A stretch of 39,706 nt of DNA from a virus (IMGVR_UViG_3300035200_000103:1-39706), one strand, 5' to 3'; numbered from the stretch's first letter, positions 8,286 through 17,781 are shown. Program-made: numbers and translations. The notes: generated by a model from the sequence alone, not told the origin.

Positions 8286-11200
8286 TTATGCCACTTCGTG
8301 GTCTTGATTTAAATTCCGCACATATATGAACTCGTAAAGGTCGCCGAATTTTTCGATCGTCGCTTTTGCGTCATTCACAAGCTTTTCGAAATATGATCTA
8401 TCAATCTTCATCCACTCATTAGGACCAAGCTCTCTTACAACCTCTGCTTCTTTCCAAGAATATCCCTTGGTCCCCGGTAGAGCATAGAGTTTTTCTTCTT
8501 TGACTCGATAAAGGTCGCCACCATCTTCAACTACAGGGATGAATGCACCAGTACGACCAATAAAACGCATCCTTGAAACTTCTTTAGAACGGTCCCAGTC
8601 AAGATATATTGCACCTTGCATAACGCTCTTGACCTCGATCATGTCATCAAACTCGATGGCTTGGTCAGTGAACAATGATTTGAAGACATATGGGTGCTGA
8701 AATTGAGCACCGACGGCATCCCAATGGTCTCCATCACGTGCAACATACACAGCATCGTTGACTAGACAGAACTTTTCATAAGTCTTTTCATGCTCGAAAG
8801 TATAGCCGTGCATCAAGCCGAACTCTTTGACATTCTCAATGATCTCTGGCGTTGCATTAGGAATCTTAATCGAGTCAGTCTTGATGTGGACAACCTCAGC
8901 GCCAAGATTCTCTTGCACAAAATGCTTTAGATCGATCATGAACAAAGCGCCACGTTTGGCGACAATGTTGTCCTTGTTTCGAATATCGCGGAAAGGATTG
9001 TCGAACTTTGCACTGGTAAGCCCATAGACGATATTGATGATGATCTTGAGTGCGTGAGACAGGGTTTCAGCAGTTTCTTCCGGATCAGCCGTTGACAATA
9101 AAGGTTTGAGTTTTCCGTTCATCATGCGACTAGCACTAGCAAAGTCGCCATGCTTTATTGCAAGGCGGGCATCAAGAAGTTCTTTGAAATTCTTCGTATA
9201 TGGGCCGAACAAGTTGAGCAAACAAATAGAAGTTGGATGCATCGAGGCAACATCAAGAACCGCAACATTCTCATAAATTCCTGGTTCGGCGTATACATAT
9301 CCGCCTTCGCTCGGGTCTTCTCCACGATATGTGCTTCTACCCGCATCGAAAACATAGCCTTCGAACAGCGTACTGAGATCTGTATAGACGAACTGGCGAG
9401 ACGGTGCTGGGTCATTGCCAAATATAATCTTCGCTGTATGTTTCTGTGTTGTGTCGTTGACAGTCAAACCACTCAGTTCGGCAAGAATCTTACGAGCTAC
9501 AAAGTCACTGCTTCTCGCATTGAAAACTTCTTCGGTAGTTAGAACATCATTTTCGCAGTACTCAGCCACCATAAACCACATATTTTCTGGAACTGGCTGG
9601 TCCCATGGAAGGTCTAGCTCCATATGTTTAAGGCCGAGCTCAATCTGAAACTTCTTAAGTCCTTGCTTCTTCGAGGAGAAGTCGTAAATATCGGCATACG
9701 AAACACCGTAAGCTTCTCCAAACATGGCAGCATTGTTCTTATCGGAAATAAGAGACTGACTGAGCTTGAAAAGACGCTCGTTGTCATACCCTATAAACCG
9801 GGCATACAGGATATGGTTGTCATACCGACGATTATTAAATCCAATAAGTCGTGCTTTGAACAGCGACTCAACATCTTCGCTAGTTGGGTTGATCATACGA
9901 ACGACATAATTACTACCTTGATATTTCCAACACACAACGAAAAGATTCGGATATACCTCAACATCGAAAAAGACAATTGGGCTATCGCTAAAATTTCTTG
10001 ATGACGGCGTGTGGTCGACAGATTTGAATTGCATTTGCATTACAATTTTCAAGCACTCAAGAGGTCGGTTAGTGCTGTTGTTTGCGAATGCAATAATGCG
10101 TGGCCGAAGATCGGTGACGTCATAACTCATCCCAGATTCATATGCATCATCCAAGATCTTCTTGATGAAGTCAATGGATGGTTTTGTTCCTGGATGAATT
10201 TCTTTACGCAGATTACGAGCAATCAATTCTCGTAACGAGCGTTCGCTTTTCATTTCTCGCTCGTCAAGCACTCGCTTCTCCTTTAGAGGTAGACCGCTTG
10301 ATATGATCGATACTGGAACGTTATTACACATTGATAGTCTACGACGAAGAGAAGCATCTCCCATAAGAGTTTTGATTTCAATTCCTGGAGAATACTCGTT
10401 AGCTAGTTTTGAGACGTCGCCGTGATAAATATAATGCAGATGAATTCCTTGCCCGCCTTTGCTAAGCTCAGCATAAGTTGGAGGCCAGTCTTGAATAGCT
10501 TCGAGATTAAGGTCGTAGGATTTATTTCCGTCTGTATCCTTGAGGTCGAAGTCTATTACAATATGATTTTCCGGGATTTTAACAAAGTGCAACCGTGATG
10601 TATCAAGATCCGAAAGCTTTGTTTTTACATTAACCCATTTGCGAGTCGGGTTTTCGTTCTTGTTGGCATACTGCGCTGGACAGTCTTTTAAAATATCATC
10701 CAGCAAAGATGTTGTCTGGTCAAGCACAAATATACTAGCTGCTCCATTTGTGCTAATTTTGTATGGACGAGTATATTCAAGCTTCTCAGTTTTGAACTGT
10801 TTGAACAAACTCGTCACCTCTTCCCCCCGCACGGTTGTGCGTTTGTGAAATTCTTTAAAATATTCGCGCATCTCTTCGCGAAACGTCTGCATCTTCATTG
10901 CCGTATTGCCAGACTCAGTACAGTACTCCTTGTACAGGGCCCATGCCCGCTTCAAGGTAATCCCGTCTTCGTGCTTCATCTCATCAAAACTAGCTTCCAT
11001 GAAGTTGTAAAAGACGTTTGTCGAGTACATCATCCGTTCAGGTCGGTAACTATCGTAATAGTTTTTTCCCATATTACGGTATACATTCTGACAGTGATAC
11101 GCGATTGCTCCCAGTTCAAATTCGATGCGACTCATCAAATTCTGATAATGGTCGAAACTGTGAATATGACCCGTAGGTTCCACATCGATAAGCCTACGGA

Positions 11201-12059
11201 GAAGACCAGAGCGAGACTCAGTGATCTTTACAGGGCTGTTCGTTCCCATGAACAGAAAAGAGTTAAGCCGCATGTCAAACTTTTTTGCATATTTGTCATT
11301 GATCGTTACCGTCTCGTGCGCAATTATGGTGTTAAGAAGCGAGTTGTCCTCGATGCGAGATAAGTCACCGTCATGCTCAATCGCTACGAGAGGGTTTTCA
11401 CGGAAAGCCGAAGTAGCAAAAGCATCGCCCTTCCCCAAACTCTTTGCGTCAAAAGTCGTAGTATAACCTTGAAAGAGACGCTCGATGATGTTTAGAACAG
11501 TCGACTTACCTGTTCCGGAAGAACCATAAAGCACAAGAAACTTCTGAATTAGCTTAGAGTCTCCCGAAACAATTGCTCCGATTGCCCACTCGATCTTTGC
11601 TAGTTCTTCCGGTGAATATAGAACCCCAACAAGTTCATCCCAAGCGCTGTGGTCTCCAGGCTCAAGAGAATATGGAAGGTTGTGGCTTCGATAGTCTTTC
11701 TTTTTTGCAACGGTATTAGCAAACGTTAGGTTTCCGTCAAGCGGAATGAAATTATTGTTAATGTTTCTTAGGTACTCTTTGAAAATATAGGCTTGCCGGG
11801 AACTGTTGTCAGCTAGAAGCTTAACGTTTTTTTTGCCTTCGACTTCCAACTTCTCACAGTAGTCAACAACATCTTTGTCGATAAGAGAATAGAGGTGAAA
11901 GATATCACGCGACCAAGTTTTACTTTCATCATCCCAAAAAGCATAGAAATCTCCGCCGCGAACCATTAGGTCTTTGGACTTAACAACTTTGAAGTCGGCG
12001 AAGATGGTGACTACACCTTTTCTAGTTTCTTGAGTCTTGATCGTGTAGAAATCCATCAT
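8286..12059 (-). CDS. fused SF3-like helicase / primase-like / 3'-5' exonuclease / family B DNA polymerase
   Basis: Walker A GSSGTGKST; IDFD..GIHLHY; exo FDVE, FNNRRYD, YCEND; PolB DVASMHP, K...N.VYG, KTDS. Confidence 0.88.
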   Translation of the reverse strand: MMDFYTIKTQETRKGVVTIFADFKVVKSKDLMVRGGDFYAFWDDESKTWSRDIFHLYSLIDKDVVDYCEKLEVEGKKNVKLLADNSSRQAYIFKEYLRNINNNFIPLDGNLTFANTVAKKKDYRSHNLPYSLEPGDHSAWDELVGVLYSPEELAKIEWAIGAIVSGDSKLIQKFLVLYGSSGTGKSTVLNIIERLFQGYTTTFDAKSLGKGDAFATSAFRENPLVAIEHDGDLSRIEDNSLLNTIIAHETVTINDKYAKKFDMRLNSFLFMGTNSPVKITESRSGLLRRLIDVEPTGHIHSFDHYQNLMSRIEFELGAIAYHCQNVYRNMGKNYYDSYRPERMMYSTNVFYNFMEASFDEMKHEDGITLKRAWALYKEYCTESGNTAMKMQTFREEMREYFKEFHKRTTVRGEEVTSLFKQFKTEKLEYTRPYKISTNGAASIFVLDQTTSLLDDILKDCPAQYANKNENPTRKWVNVKTKLSDLDTSRLHFVKIPENHIVIDFDLKDTDGNKSYDLNLEAIQDWPPTYAELSKGGQGIHLHYIYHGDVSKLANEYSPGIEIKTLMGDASLRRRLSMCNNVPVSIISSGLPLKEKRVLDEREMKSERSLRELIARNLRKEIHPGTKPSIDFIKKILDDAYESGMSYDVTDLRPRIIAFANNSTNRPLECLKIVMQMQFKSVDHTPSSRNFSDSPIVFFDVEVYPNLFVVCWKYQGSNYVVRMINPTSEDVESLFKARLIGFNNRRYDNHILYARFIGYDNERLFKLSQSLISDKNNAAMFGEAYGVSYADIYDFSSKKQGLKKFQIELGLKHMELDLPWDQPVPENMWFMVAEYCENDVLTTEEVFNARSSDFVARKILAELSGLTVNDTTQKHTAKIIFGNDPAPSRQFVYTDLSTLFEGYVFDAGRSTYRGEDPSEGGYVYAEPGIYENVAVLDVASMHPTSICLLNLFGPYTKNFKELLDARLAIKHGDFASASRMMNGKLKPLLSTADPEETAETLSHALKIIINIVYGLTSAKFDNPFRDIRNKDNIVAKRGALFMIDLKHFVQENLGAEVVHIKTDSIKIPNATPEIIENVKEFGLMHGYTFEHEKTYEKFCLVNDAVYVARDGDHWDAVGAQFQHPYVFKSLFTDQAIEFDDMIEVKSVMQGAIYLDWDRSKEVSRMRFIGRTGAFIPVVEDGGDLYRVKEEKLYALPGTKGYSWKEAEVVRELGPNEWMKIDRSYFEKLVNDAKATIEKFGDLYEFIYVRNLNQDHEVA

Positions 12060-12616
12060 TCACCTCTATTCTCTTGGTAATGCTCAATTAAGAAATAGTT
12101 CATCTGGTACCAGATCTCGACGCGTCTTTGATCGTTGGGGGGATCTCGCAAAGGAAATAAACCCCCATCGCCATTATAAGAATATGTGCGCCATATAATT
12201 CGGTCGAGAATTTCATCGACCCTTAAAGAAATGCTCGGATCATTCTCGTATGCTTCATCGCTGCAGTCGAAAAAACATACGTTTTCAATCATGATCCAGA
12301 ACCAATCGCTAGAGCTTAGTCGTCCTTCTATGAAAGAAATTCTTTTGGACAAAGCTATTAGCATCTCAAGCATGGAACAATAGAGATGTTCCCAATTTTC
12401 GTCATATTCCCAGTTGGGAACGGTATCAAAAAACTCTTCCCGAAGAATTTTGGCATCCGCAATTCGGTTGTCATCATTCGGGATGAACCAGACAAACTCT
12501 TTTTTATGCAACTGATTCAGAAATGACTTATATGATCTTGCTGGATCTTTGTATCTAATAGGGCATACCTGAATGGAAAGCCATCGTAGATATGCCTTCT
12601 CAAACAAAACACTCAT
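12056..12616 (-). CDS. phage hypothetical protein
   Basis: Translationally coupled both sides; DDNR.ADA, GGLFP, EIWYQ motifs. Confidence 0.8.
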   Translation of the reverse strand: MSVLFEKAYLRWLSIQVCPIRYKDPARSYKSFLNQLHKKEFVWFIPNDDNRIADAKILREEFFDTVPNWEYDENWEHLYCSMLEMLIALSKRISFIEGRLSSSDWFWIMIENVCFFDCSDEAYENDPSISLRVDEILDRIIWRTYSYNGDGGLFPLRDPPNDQRRVEIWYQMNYFLIEHYQENRGE

Positions 12617-13374
12617 TCATCAGCGCTCCTAAATTTGCGAGGCTTCTTTAACTGACGACGCATAGCATGTTCTAGCTGGCTGTCTGTAATATAACCCTTA
12701 ATGGTCTCGTACTCGGACGGATCGACCACAATCTCAAACAGCACTTTACGAAGAATATCCTTAACATGCAGGACTTCCCCGTCCGGAAGCGACTCTAATT
12801 TTATGCGAAGTTCCCAGCCAATTTCTTCATCTGCATCGACCGGATCATTAGTCTCGTCTGCGAGAATGCCATCTTCGGCATGATATACCCAACTAAGTTT
12901 TGTCCAATCATCTTCACTTTGACGGAATTCTCGCGCTGAAATTTCAAACCAGCGTGCAAACCCATCTGGTAGAACACCCTCGGGGAATTCCATCATTGGA
13001 CGAATGGGGCCGGTAGATTTAAGATTTGCTGTGATGACAAGCGTTTCGCCATCATCCTCGTCATCCTCTTCGTCCTCTTCGTCCTCATCGTCTTCGTCGT
13101 TTGATGAGTCTTCCCACGACTGGCTATATCCTGAAATTTCAGTGACACTATTATACTCAGAACGCAGATCTTCCGGAGAAGAATACTCTTCTTTCTTGAA
13201 CATGACCTTGTAATAGTCCCGAGTCTTTTGGATTTCTTCGTCAAGAATATCCTCAAACCGGGATTCCAGAATTCTTTTCGTGATATAAACACCAGTCGCC
13301 GCGCCAGTACCAAGACCGAGCATATAAAACCCGATCTTGATAACTGACGGCGACCACACAATCTTTGTAAGCAT
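12613..13374 (-). CDS. membrane-anchored acidic hypothetical protein
   Basis: ATG 13374 after AGGAG; N-terminal TM; D/E tract. Confidence 0.75.
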   Translation of the reverse strand: MLTKIVWSPSVIKIGFYMLGLGTGAATGVYITKRILESRFEDILDEEIQKTRDYYKVMFKKEEYSSPEDLRSEYNSVTEISGYSQSWEDSSNDEDDEDEEDEEDDEDDGETLVITANLKSTGPIRPMMEFPEGVLPDGFARWFEISAREFRQSEDDWTKLSWVYHAEDGILADETNDPVDADEEIGWELRIKLESLPDGEVLHVKDILRKVLFEIVVDPSEYETIKGYITDSQLEHAMRRQLKKPRKFRSADE

Positions 13375-13384
13375 CCCGAGTCTC

Positions 13385-14317
13385 CTAGATCTTTTCGTAG
13401 ATGACGCCATCGACGTTGAAATCAAGGAATATGGAATCGGTATGCCCATTGACAAACTCTCGAGCACGAGGGTTGTCACCATTCATAAAACCGAAGTCGA
13501 TAAAATTGTCGCCATCCTTGGTCAGGCACCAGCCAACAATCGCACCGATACTACTTCTCGGAATGCCAAGCATGTCGTAGACTTCATTTAGAAAAACATG
13601 CCCACGAGAGAGCAGAAGATCATTTGCATAATTCTGCTGAGCACGAAGAAACAAGAAATTTAGCTCTGCGTCTCTCCCCCATCGAGGAGAAAGTTCATCA
13701 AAGAACCTCGCATACTGAGAATATCCATCACTACCGACACGCTTCTGCTCGAACGTCTTAGTTTCTAGAGTATCTTGGTCCAGAATCGTGATTTTCTCGC
13801 GCTTAATGTCGTACAGAAGATCTCGCTCACGATCTTCGCCGATTTCGTCTATGATGCGATTTCGATATGATCTGAACATCTTCTCAAGTCCTGCATATGC
13901 TGCCGTAGCTGCACCAAGACGCTTGTCCAAAACAAAATGTGCTTTCGTCAACGCTGCAATTGACAGACAGCCGACAATAAGCGTAGGGGCATACAGCTTT
14001 CCGATCGCGATGATTGACCGACTGTAAATAACAATCTTGTCTCGAGTGGCATCGTCCTGGTCGTATGAGTACTTCTCAACAAGCGTTTCATTTTCGGAAA
14101 GCGAACGCACGTCTTCGAGGTCGCTCTGCGCCTTTTCCACGATTTCCTCTACACGCAGCGTAGCCTTTGAAGCAAGAGCTGCGGTAGCGACAAAGCCGAC
14201 AATACCAACACCAAACAGAATATGCGGAGACTGCTTCTGGACATGAAGCAGTCCGCGATTCGTTTTAAAGATGATTTTTAGAGGTGCAACGCTTTTGGTA
14301 ATTGAAAGAGCGTTCAT
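13385..14317 (-). CDS. DUF6353-like membrane-associated protein
   Basis: SPHIL.G.G..G..ATA N-terminus, LNEVYD.LG..GW C-terminus; paralog of 16577-17335. Confidence 0.75.
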   Translation of the reverse strand: MNALSITKSVAPLKIIFKTNRGLLHVQKQSPHILFGVGIVGFVATAALASKATLRVEEIVEKAQSDLEDVRSLSENETLVEKYSYDQDDATRDKIVIYSRSIIAIGKLYAPTLIVGCLSIAALTKAHFVLDKRLGAATAAYAGLEKMFRSYRNRIIDEIGEDRERDLLYDIKREKITILDQDTLETKTFEQKRVGSDGYSQYARFFDELSPRWGRDAELNFLFLRAQQNYANDLLLSRGHVFLNEVYDMLGIPRSSIGAIVGWCLTKDGDNFIDFGFMNGDNPRAREFVNGHTDSIFLDFNVDGVIYEKI

Positions 14318-14330
14318 TCGTTTTTACTCC

Positions 14331-15011
14331 TTAGTCAAGAGGCTCTGGGCGAGGGAGATCAAGCAAATATCCATCTCGAATCCTTCGAATGAGATTGTCT
14401 CGAGGAAGATCGACCCAGCCCCACTTGTCGTCGGTAAATTGGCCGGCAATACCAAGCAGTTCATATAGGTCAGCCAAGGTTGCTGCATCGTACCGTCCAA
14501 TTAGATCGTAAAGACGATCGATGACTTCTTCTGCTTCAGCACGAGTAGCTAGAACAATATCCTTGTAGTCATGGTTGGATCGTTCACGACGACTAAGCGA
14601 TCTGTTCCGATCTGGTCGTGGTGGACGATCTCGCTCGTCACGATACGAAGAAGAATATCGACGGTAGTCTGTGTAGACTCGTCCGTAATCCCCCCGAGAA
14701 CGCGCTCGTCCGCCGCGACGCCCATAGTGATGCGATTCCCCAAAGACCATTCTTTCAATTCCCTGGGAAACAGAGTCGACAATCATGTCCTTCGCTGCAG
14801 GCAAGAAAACATCCATCATAACATATTGCCATACGGAAGTTGCATCAGAGCCAAAAAAAGTCTGCTTCATCCGAGAACTAAGCGGCTTCTTGCGGAGGAT
14901 AACCTTGTTAGCCACGACTTTCTCGATCTTCTTTGGGTCTTCCGGAGGCAAAGGAGGTTCTGCTTGTAGCTGCTCTTTATTTTTATGCGTGCTTGGGGGG
15001 AACTCATCCAT
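14331..15011 (-). CDS. phage hypothetical protein with Arg-rich middle
   Basis: GAAGGG RBS; C-terminal LADLYELLG..DDKWGW. Confidence 0.8.
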   Translation of the reverse strand: MDEFPPSTHKNKEQLQAEPPLPPEDPKKIEKVVANKVILRKKPLSSRMKQTFFGSDATSVWQYVMMDVFLPAAKDMIVDSVSQGIERMVFGESHHYGRRGGRARSRGDYGRVYTDYRRYSSSYRDERDRPPRPDRNRSLSRRERSNHDYKDIVLATRAEAEEVIDRLYDLIGRYDAATLADLYELLGIAGQFTDDKWGWVDLPRDNLIRRIRDGYLLDLPRPEPLD

Positions 15012-15022
15012 GACGTACCCTT

Positions 15023-15247
15023 CTAAATATCGTCGGAAATTTGCTTGGCAAACTCGTCAAGCTGTGAGCTCACATAATCATAGGCGGCTTTCGAAACCAT
15101 CATCTGCAGAATACCCGTACCGAACGATTGCGTCATCCGATGAAACCTTCCGTCTGGAGACGGGAGGTTGGTTTGAACCAGGTCTCGCACGACCACGCCT
15201 GACCCATAACCTGCGCCATATGAAAGAATCACCTTTAAAATGTTCAC
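15023..15247 (-). CDS. hypothetical protein
   Basis: GTG start after AGGGAG. Confidence 0.65.
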   Translation of the reverse strand: MNILKVILSYGAGYGSGVVVRDLVQTNLPSPDGRFHRMTQSFGTGILQMMVSKAAYDYVSSQLDEFAKQISDDI

Positions 15248-15274
15248 AACGCTCCCTTTTTAAAAAAAGAAAAA

Positions 15275-15301
15275 CTCAAAATCCATGTGTTGGATTTTGA
15301 G
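15275..15301 (-). terminator. cassette-closing hairpin
   Basis: ctcaaaatcca-tgtgt-tggattttgag with long minus-strand U-tract. Confidence 0.8.
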
Positions 15302-15315
15302 CTCTGGTCCCGACG

Positions 15316-15507
15316 TCACATAGAGCGACGACGACGGTCGACTTCCTTGTTCCAGGCGATCGAGTTCCGATGGTCGGCGTTGGCCTCCATCATCTTCGCC
15401 GTGGCGCCTGCTATGGTAGCAAACACAACGGTTCCGACAACGATGGCTCCGACAGGGTTCTCCTCAATCGCGTGTCCAAGGTTCTGGGCGGCACGTCTAA
15501 TCTTCAT
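15316..15507 (-). CDS. small membrane protein (cassette gene, 63 aa)
   Basis: Between promoter/RBS repeat and hairpin; one TM. Confidence 0.75.
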   Translation of the reverse strand: MKIRRAAQNLGHAIEENPVGAIVVGTVVFATIAGATAKMMEANADHRNSIAWNKEVDRRRRSM

Positions 15508-15513
15508 TCTATT

Positions 15514-15555
15514 CCTTTCGTAGGGGTCTCATTATAAGGCATGTAAAATGTACGA
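15514..15555 (-). promoter_or_regulatory. phage promoter-like motif plus leader/RBS
   Basis: TCGTACATTTTACATGCCTTATAATGAGACCCCTACGAAAGG. Confidence 0.85.
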
Positions 15556-15558
15556 GAT

Positions 15559-15683
15559 GATGGGCACAATTCTCAAGACACAAAGCGCAAAGGAAGAAAA
15601 TCGCCCCGTGTTTGTTCGATTGTCGTTTAAGACTTAGCTTTCGAAACAGGTCCCCTAAACCCTTTGACAAGCTAGTCCCCATC
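15559..15683 (-). ncRNA. candidate structured RNA
   Basis: Non-coding; GAUGGG/CCCAUC closing stem, GACUAGCUU/AAGCUAAGUC, AAUCG/CGAUU, possible CAAAGG/CCUUUG pseudoknot. Confidence 0.35.
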
Positions 15684-15715
15684 GAAGAAATTAGTTCTTA
15701 CTCTCGTTCTCGTTC

Positions 15716-16219
15716 TTATAGATTGGCACCGTGGCGAAGTTGCTGAATAAGAAGACGTTCTTCATCCGTCAAATCCTCAAAGAGTGGCTCTTGTGGCAAT
15801 TCAACAACTTCCACTGTTGTTTTTGGCGCTTGCTCAGACTTATCCATGTCAGAGACAAGATCTGCTGGAACAATGCCGCGAATAAACTTTCCAGCTTCTT
15901 CTGCAGACGTAGCAAGCTCAATGAAGAGTTCGGAATAAGCATTAGATTGCTCAAACTCTTCACGAATGGTGTCGTTTTTGATAAACCGCTTGCCGTCGTT
16001 CGACTTCTTACCGACAGACATCAGAATAATCTTTTTGAAATGATCAATGATTTTTTGTCCGTCATTCTCGCTTTCCGCGATTTGCTTAAGAAGCTCAGAC
16101 AAACCTCCAGAAACCGAAACTTCGAGTTCCACCAGTTCAGCCTTGGTCAGGTTGAAGTAGAAATCCTCAGAGTAGTTAATGCCATCAAAACCTTCGTAAA
16201 GAATCGTCTTCTTAAGCAT
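15716..16219 (-). CDS. phage hypothetical protein (FYFNLTKAEL motif)
   Basis: AAGGAG RBS; 167 aa. Confidence 0.8.
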   Translation of the reverse strand: MLKKTILYEGFDGINYSEDFYFNLTKAELVELEVSVSGGLSELLKQIAESENDGQKIIDHFKKIILMSVGKKSNDGKRFIKNDTIREEFEQSNAYSELFIELATSAEEAGKFIRGIVPADLVSDMDKSEQAPKTTVEVVELPQEPLFEDLTDEERLLIQQLRHGANL

Positions 16220-16280
16220 GGCTCTCCTTATTCAGCTCGGAAGTTGTAACAATTACTTTCTAAGAACGTTCAAGAAAAAA

Positions 16281-16304
16281 CTTAAGCCCCGTGTGGGGCT
16301 TAAG
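16281..16304 (-). terminator. cassette-closing hairpin
   Basis: cttaagcccc-gtgt-ggggcttaag with U-tracts on both strands. Confidence 0.8.
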
Positions 16305-16308
16305 CTTT

Positions 16309-16482
16309 TTACTCCTCGGTGGAGGAAGTGTCCGGCTTCTTGTCGGAGACTGCGATGGCTGCCAACAGCCCCGCAACCCCCAGAATCGCGCCACCGATCG
16401 CGATCTTCTTCGCGATCTTTCGGGTGCGGCACTGGGTGCAGGGGAGGGCGTCCACTACTGTCTCTTGGATGTTCTCGGTCAT
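16309..16482 (-). CDS. 57-aa membrane microprotein with CxxC (not in ORF track)
   Basis: Hand translation MTENIQETVVDALPCTQCRTRKIAKKIAIGGAILGVAGLLAAIAVSDKKPDTSSTEE; fills the space between RBS repeat and hairpin. Confidence 0.78.
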   Translation of the reverse strand: MTENIQETVVDALPCTQCRTRKIAKKIAIGGAILGVAGLLAAIAVSDKKPDTSSTEE

Positions 16483-16488
16483 TTCTGT

Positions 16489-16530
16489 CCTTTCGTAGGG
16501 GTCTCATTATAGGGCGTGTAAAACGTACGA
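16489..16530 (-). promoter_or_regulatory. phage promoter-like motif plus leader/RBS
   Basis: TCGTACGTTTTACACGCCCTATAATGAGACCCCTACGAAAGG. Confidence 0.85.
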
Positions 16531-16535
16531 GACAT

Positions 16536-16565
16536 AACCCAGACCCCAACGTGGGGGTCTGGGTT
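16536..16565 (-). terminator. hairpin after DUF6353-like gene
   Basis: aacccagacccc-aacgtg-ggggtctgggtt. Confidence 0.7.
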
Positions 16566-16576
16566 TGATTCACTTC

Positions 16577-17335
16577 TCAGTTAACTCGATGATAATAACG
16601 CACCGGAGACGTCTTGAAATTAATCGCAAGACATGGTCTGTCGTCATCCGATAGTGTGGTACTGAATTGAATCTCTAGAAGATGATCTACGTTCCAACCA
16701 ACTTCTTCGGAGAACTGCGTCCGGTGCAATCCGAGCTTGTCGTAAAGATCGCTCAAACTAGCGTAGTAACTATTTATCACTTGATGATTGATTTCGTTCT
16801 CTACTCGACGAATGTGCTCAGCCGAGCTATAGAAATATCGGCCGGTATACATCTCGTAGCAGAGAACATCTCCGCCACCAGTGACAACGATTTCGTTTTT
16901 GCCAACTGGTGCTAAACGAACATGATCTTGTGCGATTTCATCACGCACTGCGCGTTCTTTTGACTCACCAAATTTCTCAATAACCTTGTCCTTGTATTCG
17001 CCAATTGCCTTTTCGGACAAGGCATATGCAGCGGCAATTGCAGCCGTGCGTCTGCCGCCAATGATCTGAGCACCAAATATAGATGCGATCGTTACAGAAC
17101 CCGTTGCGACAGCCGGAACAAACTGAGTCCAAGTGGCTTCAAAAATCTCACGAGCTTCCATTGGCTCATCTGGGCGCTCTCGCTCTTCCTCTGCTAGAAT
17201 AACCGCTGCCCGATAGCCTGCGCGAGCTGAAAGAATCGCGGTTGTGATCGTCCCGACAACACCAAGTGCTGTTAGAAGCTGAGGCGAATGGTCTTGCATG
17301 AATTTCGGAGCCTGTTTCAGAACGCTCGTTAACAC
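16577..17335 (-). CDS. DUF6353-like membrane-associated protein
   Basis: GTG after AAGGAGG; SPQLL..LGV.G..TA; LSDLYD.LG..VGW. Confidence 0.75.
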   Translation of the reverse strand: MLTSVLKQAPKFMQDHSPQLLTALGVVGTITTAILSARAGYRAAVILAEEERERPDEPMEAREIFEATWTQFVPAVATGSVTIASIFGAQIIGGRRTAAIAAAYALSEKAIGEYKDKVIEKFGESKERAVRDEIAQDHVRLAPVGKNEIVVTGGGDVLCYEMYTGRYFYSSAEHIRRVENEINHQVINSYYASLSDLYDKLGLHRTQFSEEVGWNVDHLLEIQFSTTLSDDDRPCLAINFKTSPVRYYHRVN

Positions 17336-17370
17336 GGGTCCTCCTTTTTGTTCAACCGTCGACGCTGCGG

Positions 17371-17425
17371 AAAAAATCTTAAGAGAGATGTCTGGCTTTA
17401 GGAACCAGAAACATTGTCATCTCTC
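17371..17425 (-). ncRNA. candidate ~50-nt hairpin RNA or attenuator leader
   Basis: Directly after promoter motif; GAGAGAUG/CAUCUCUC and UCUGGUU/AGCCAGA stems, then U6. Confidence 0.4.
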
Positions 17426-17452
17426 TCATCATAGGCTATGCAAATTGTACGA
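17426..17452 (-). promoter_or_regulatory. phage promoter-like motif copy (degenerate)
   Basis: TCGTACAATTTGCATAGCCTATGATGA. Confidence 0.7.
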
Positions 17453-17491
17453 GCAAAAATTAGATTTCCAACGCCGGAAATAGACTGGTAA

Positions 17492-17698
17492 CTAGTTTTC
17501 ATACATCTTCCTGTTAAGCCAAATAACAGCTTCTCGATACGTGTCCCACAGTTCGGGGTCACTATCACGGGTGTTTTTCATTGTCATTTCGACCATGTAC
17601 TGAATAATCTCACGGTCATCGGTTATGTCTAACCCCTGGATAACCATCGACTTCTTTACCAAACCGTTGATAAACGACTCGGGATGAAGGCGCATCAT
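17492..17698 (-). CDS. hypothetical protein
   Basis: 68 aa, GAAAGAG upstream. Confidence 0.6.
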   Translation of the reverse strand: MMRLHPESFINGLVKKSMVIQGLDITDDREIIQYMVEMTMKNTRDSDPELWDTYREAVIWLNRKMYEN

Positions 17699-17750
17699 TT
17701 TGTCTCTTTCTAGGTCTAGACCGGATAGAAGTATTTCATGAAAAGAAAAA

Positions 17751-17776
17751 GCCTAAACCCCATGTGGGGCTTAGGC
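17751..17776 (-). terminator. cassette-closing hairpin
   Basis: gcctaaaccccatgtggggcttaggc; same core at 18247 and 18550. Confidence 0.8.
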
Positions 17777-17781
17777 CTTGA

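Noticed and set aside
15529-15555. Canonical sigma70 -35/-10 promoter (TTTACA, TATAAT)
   Set aside because: The two hexamers are 5 nt apart rather than ~17; host RNAP use of the -10 alone is not excluded
16253-16573. ORF-track calls crossing repeats (also 17736-17963, 18066-18308, 18653-18868)
   Set aside because: They run through promoters, hairpins or the tRNA; recurring peptides (SPTWGLG, IMRPLRK, NETP) are just translated repeats
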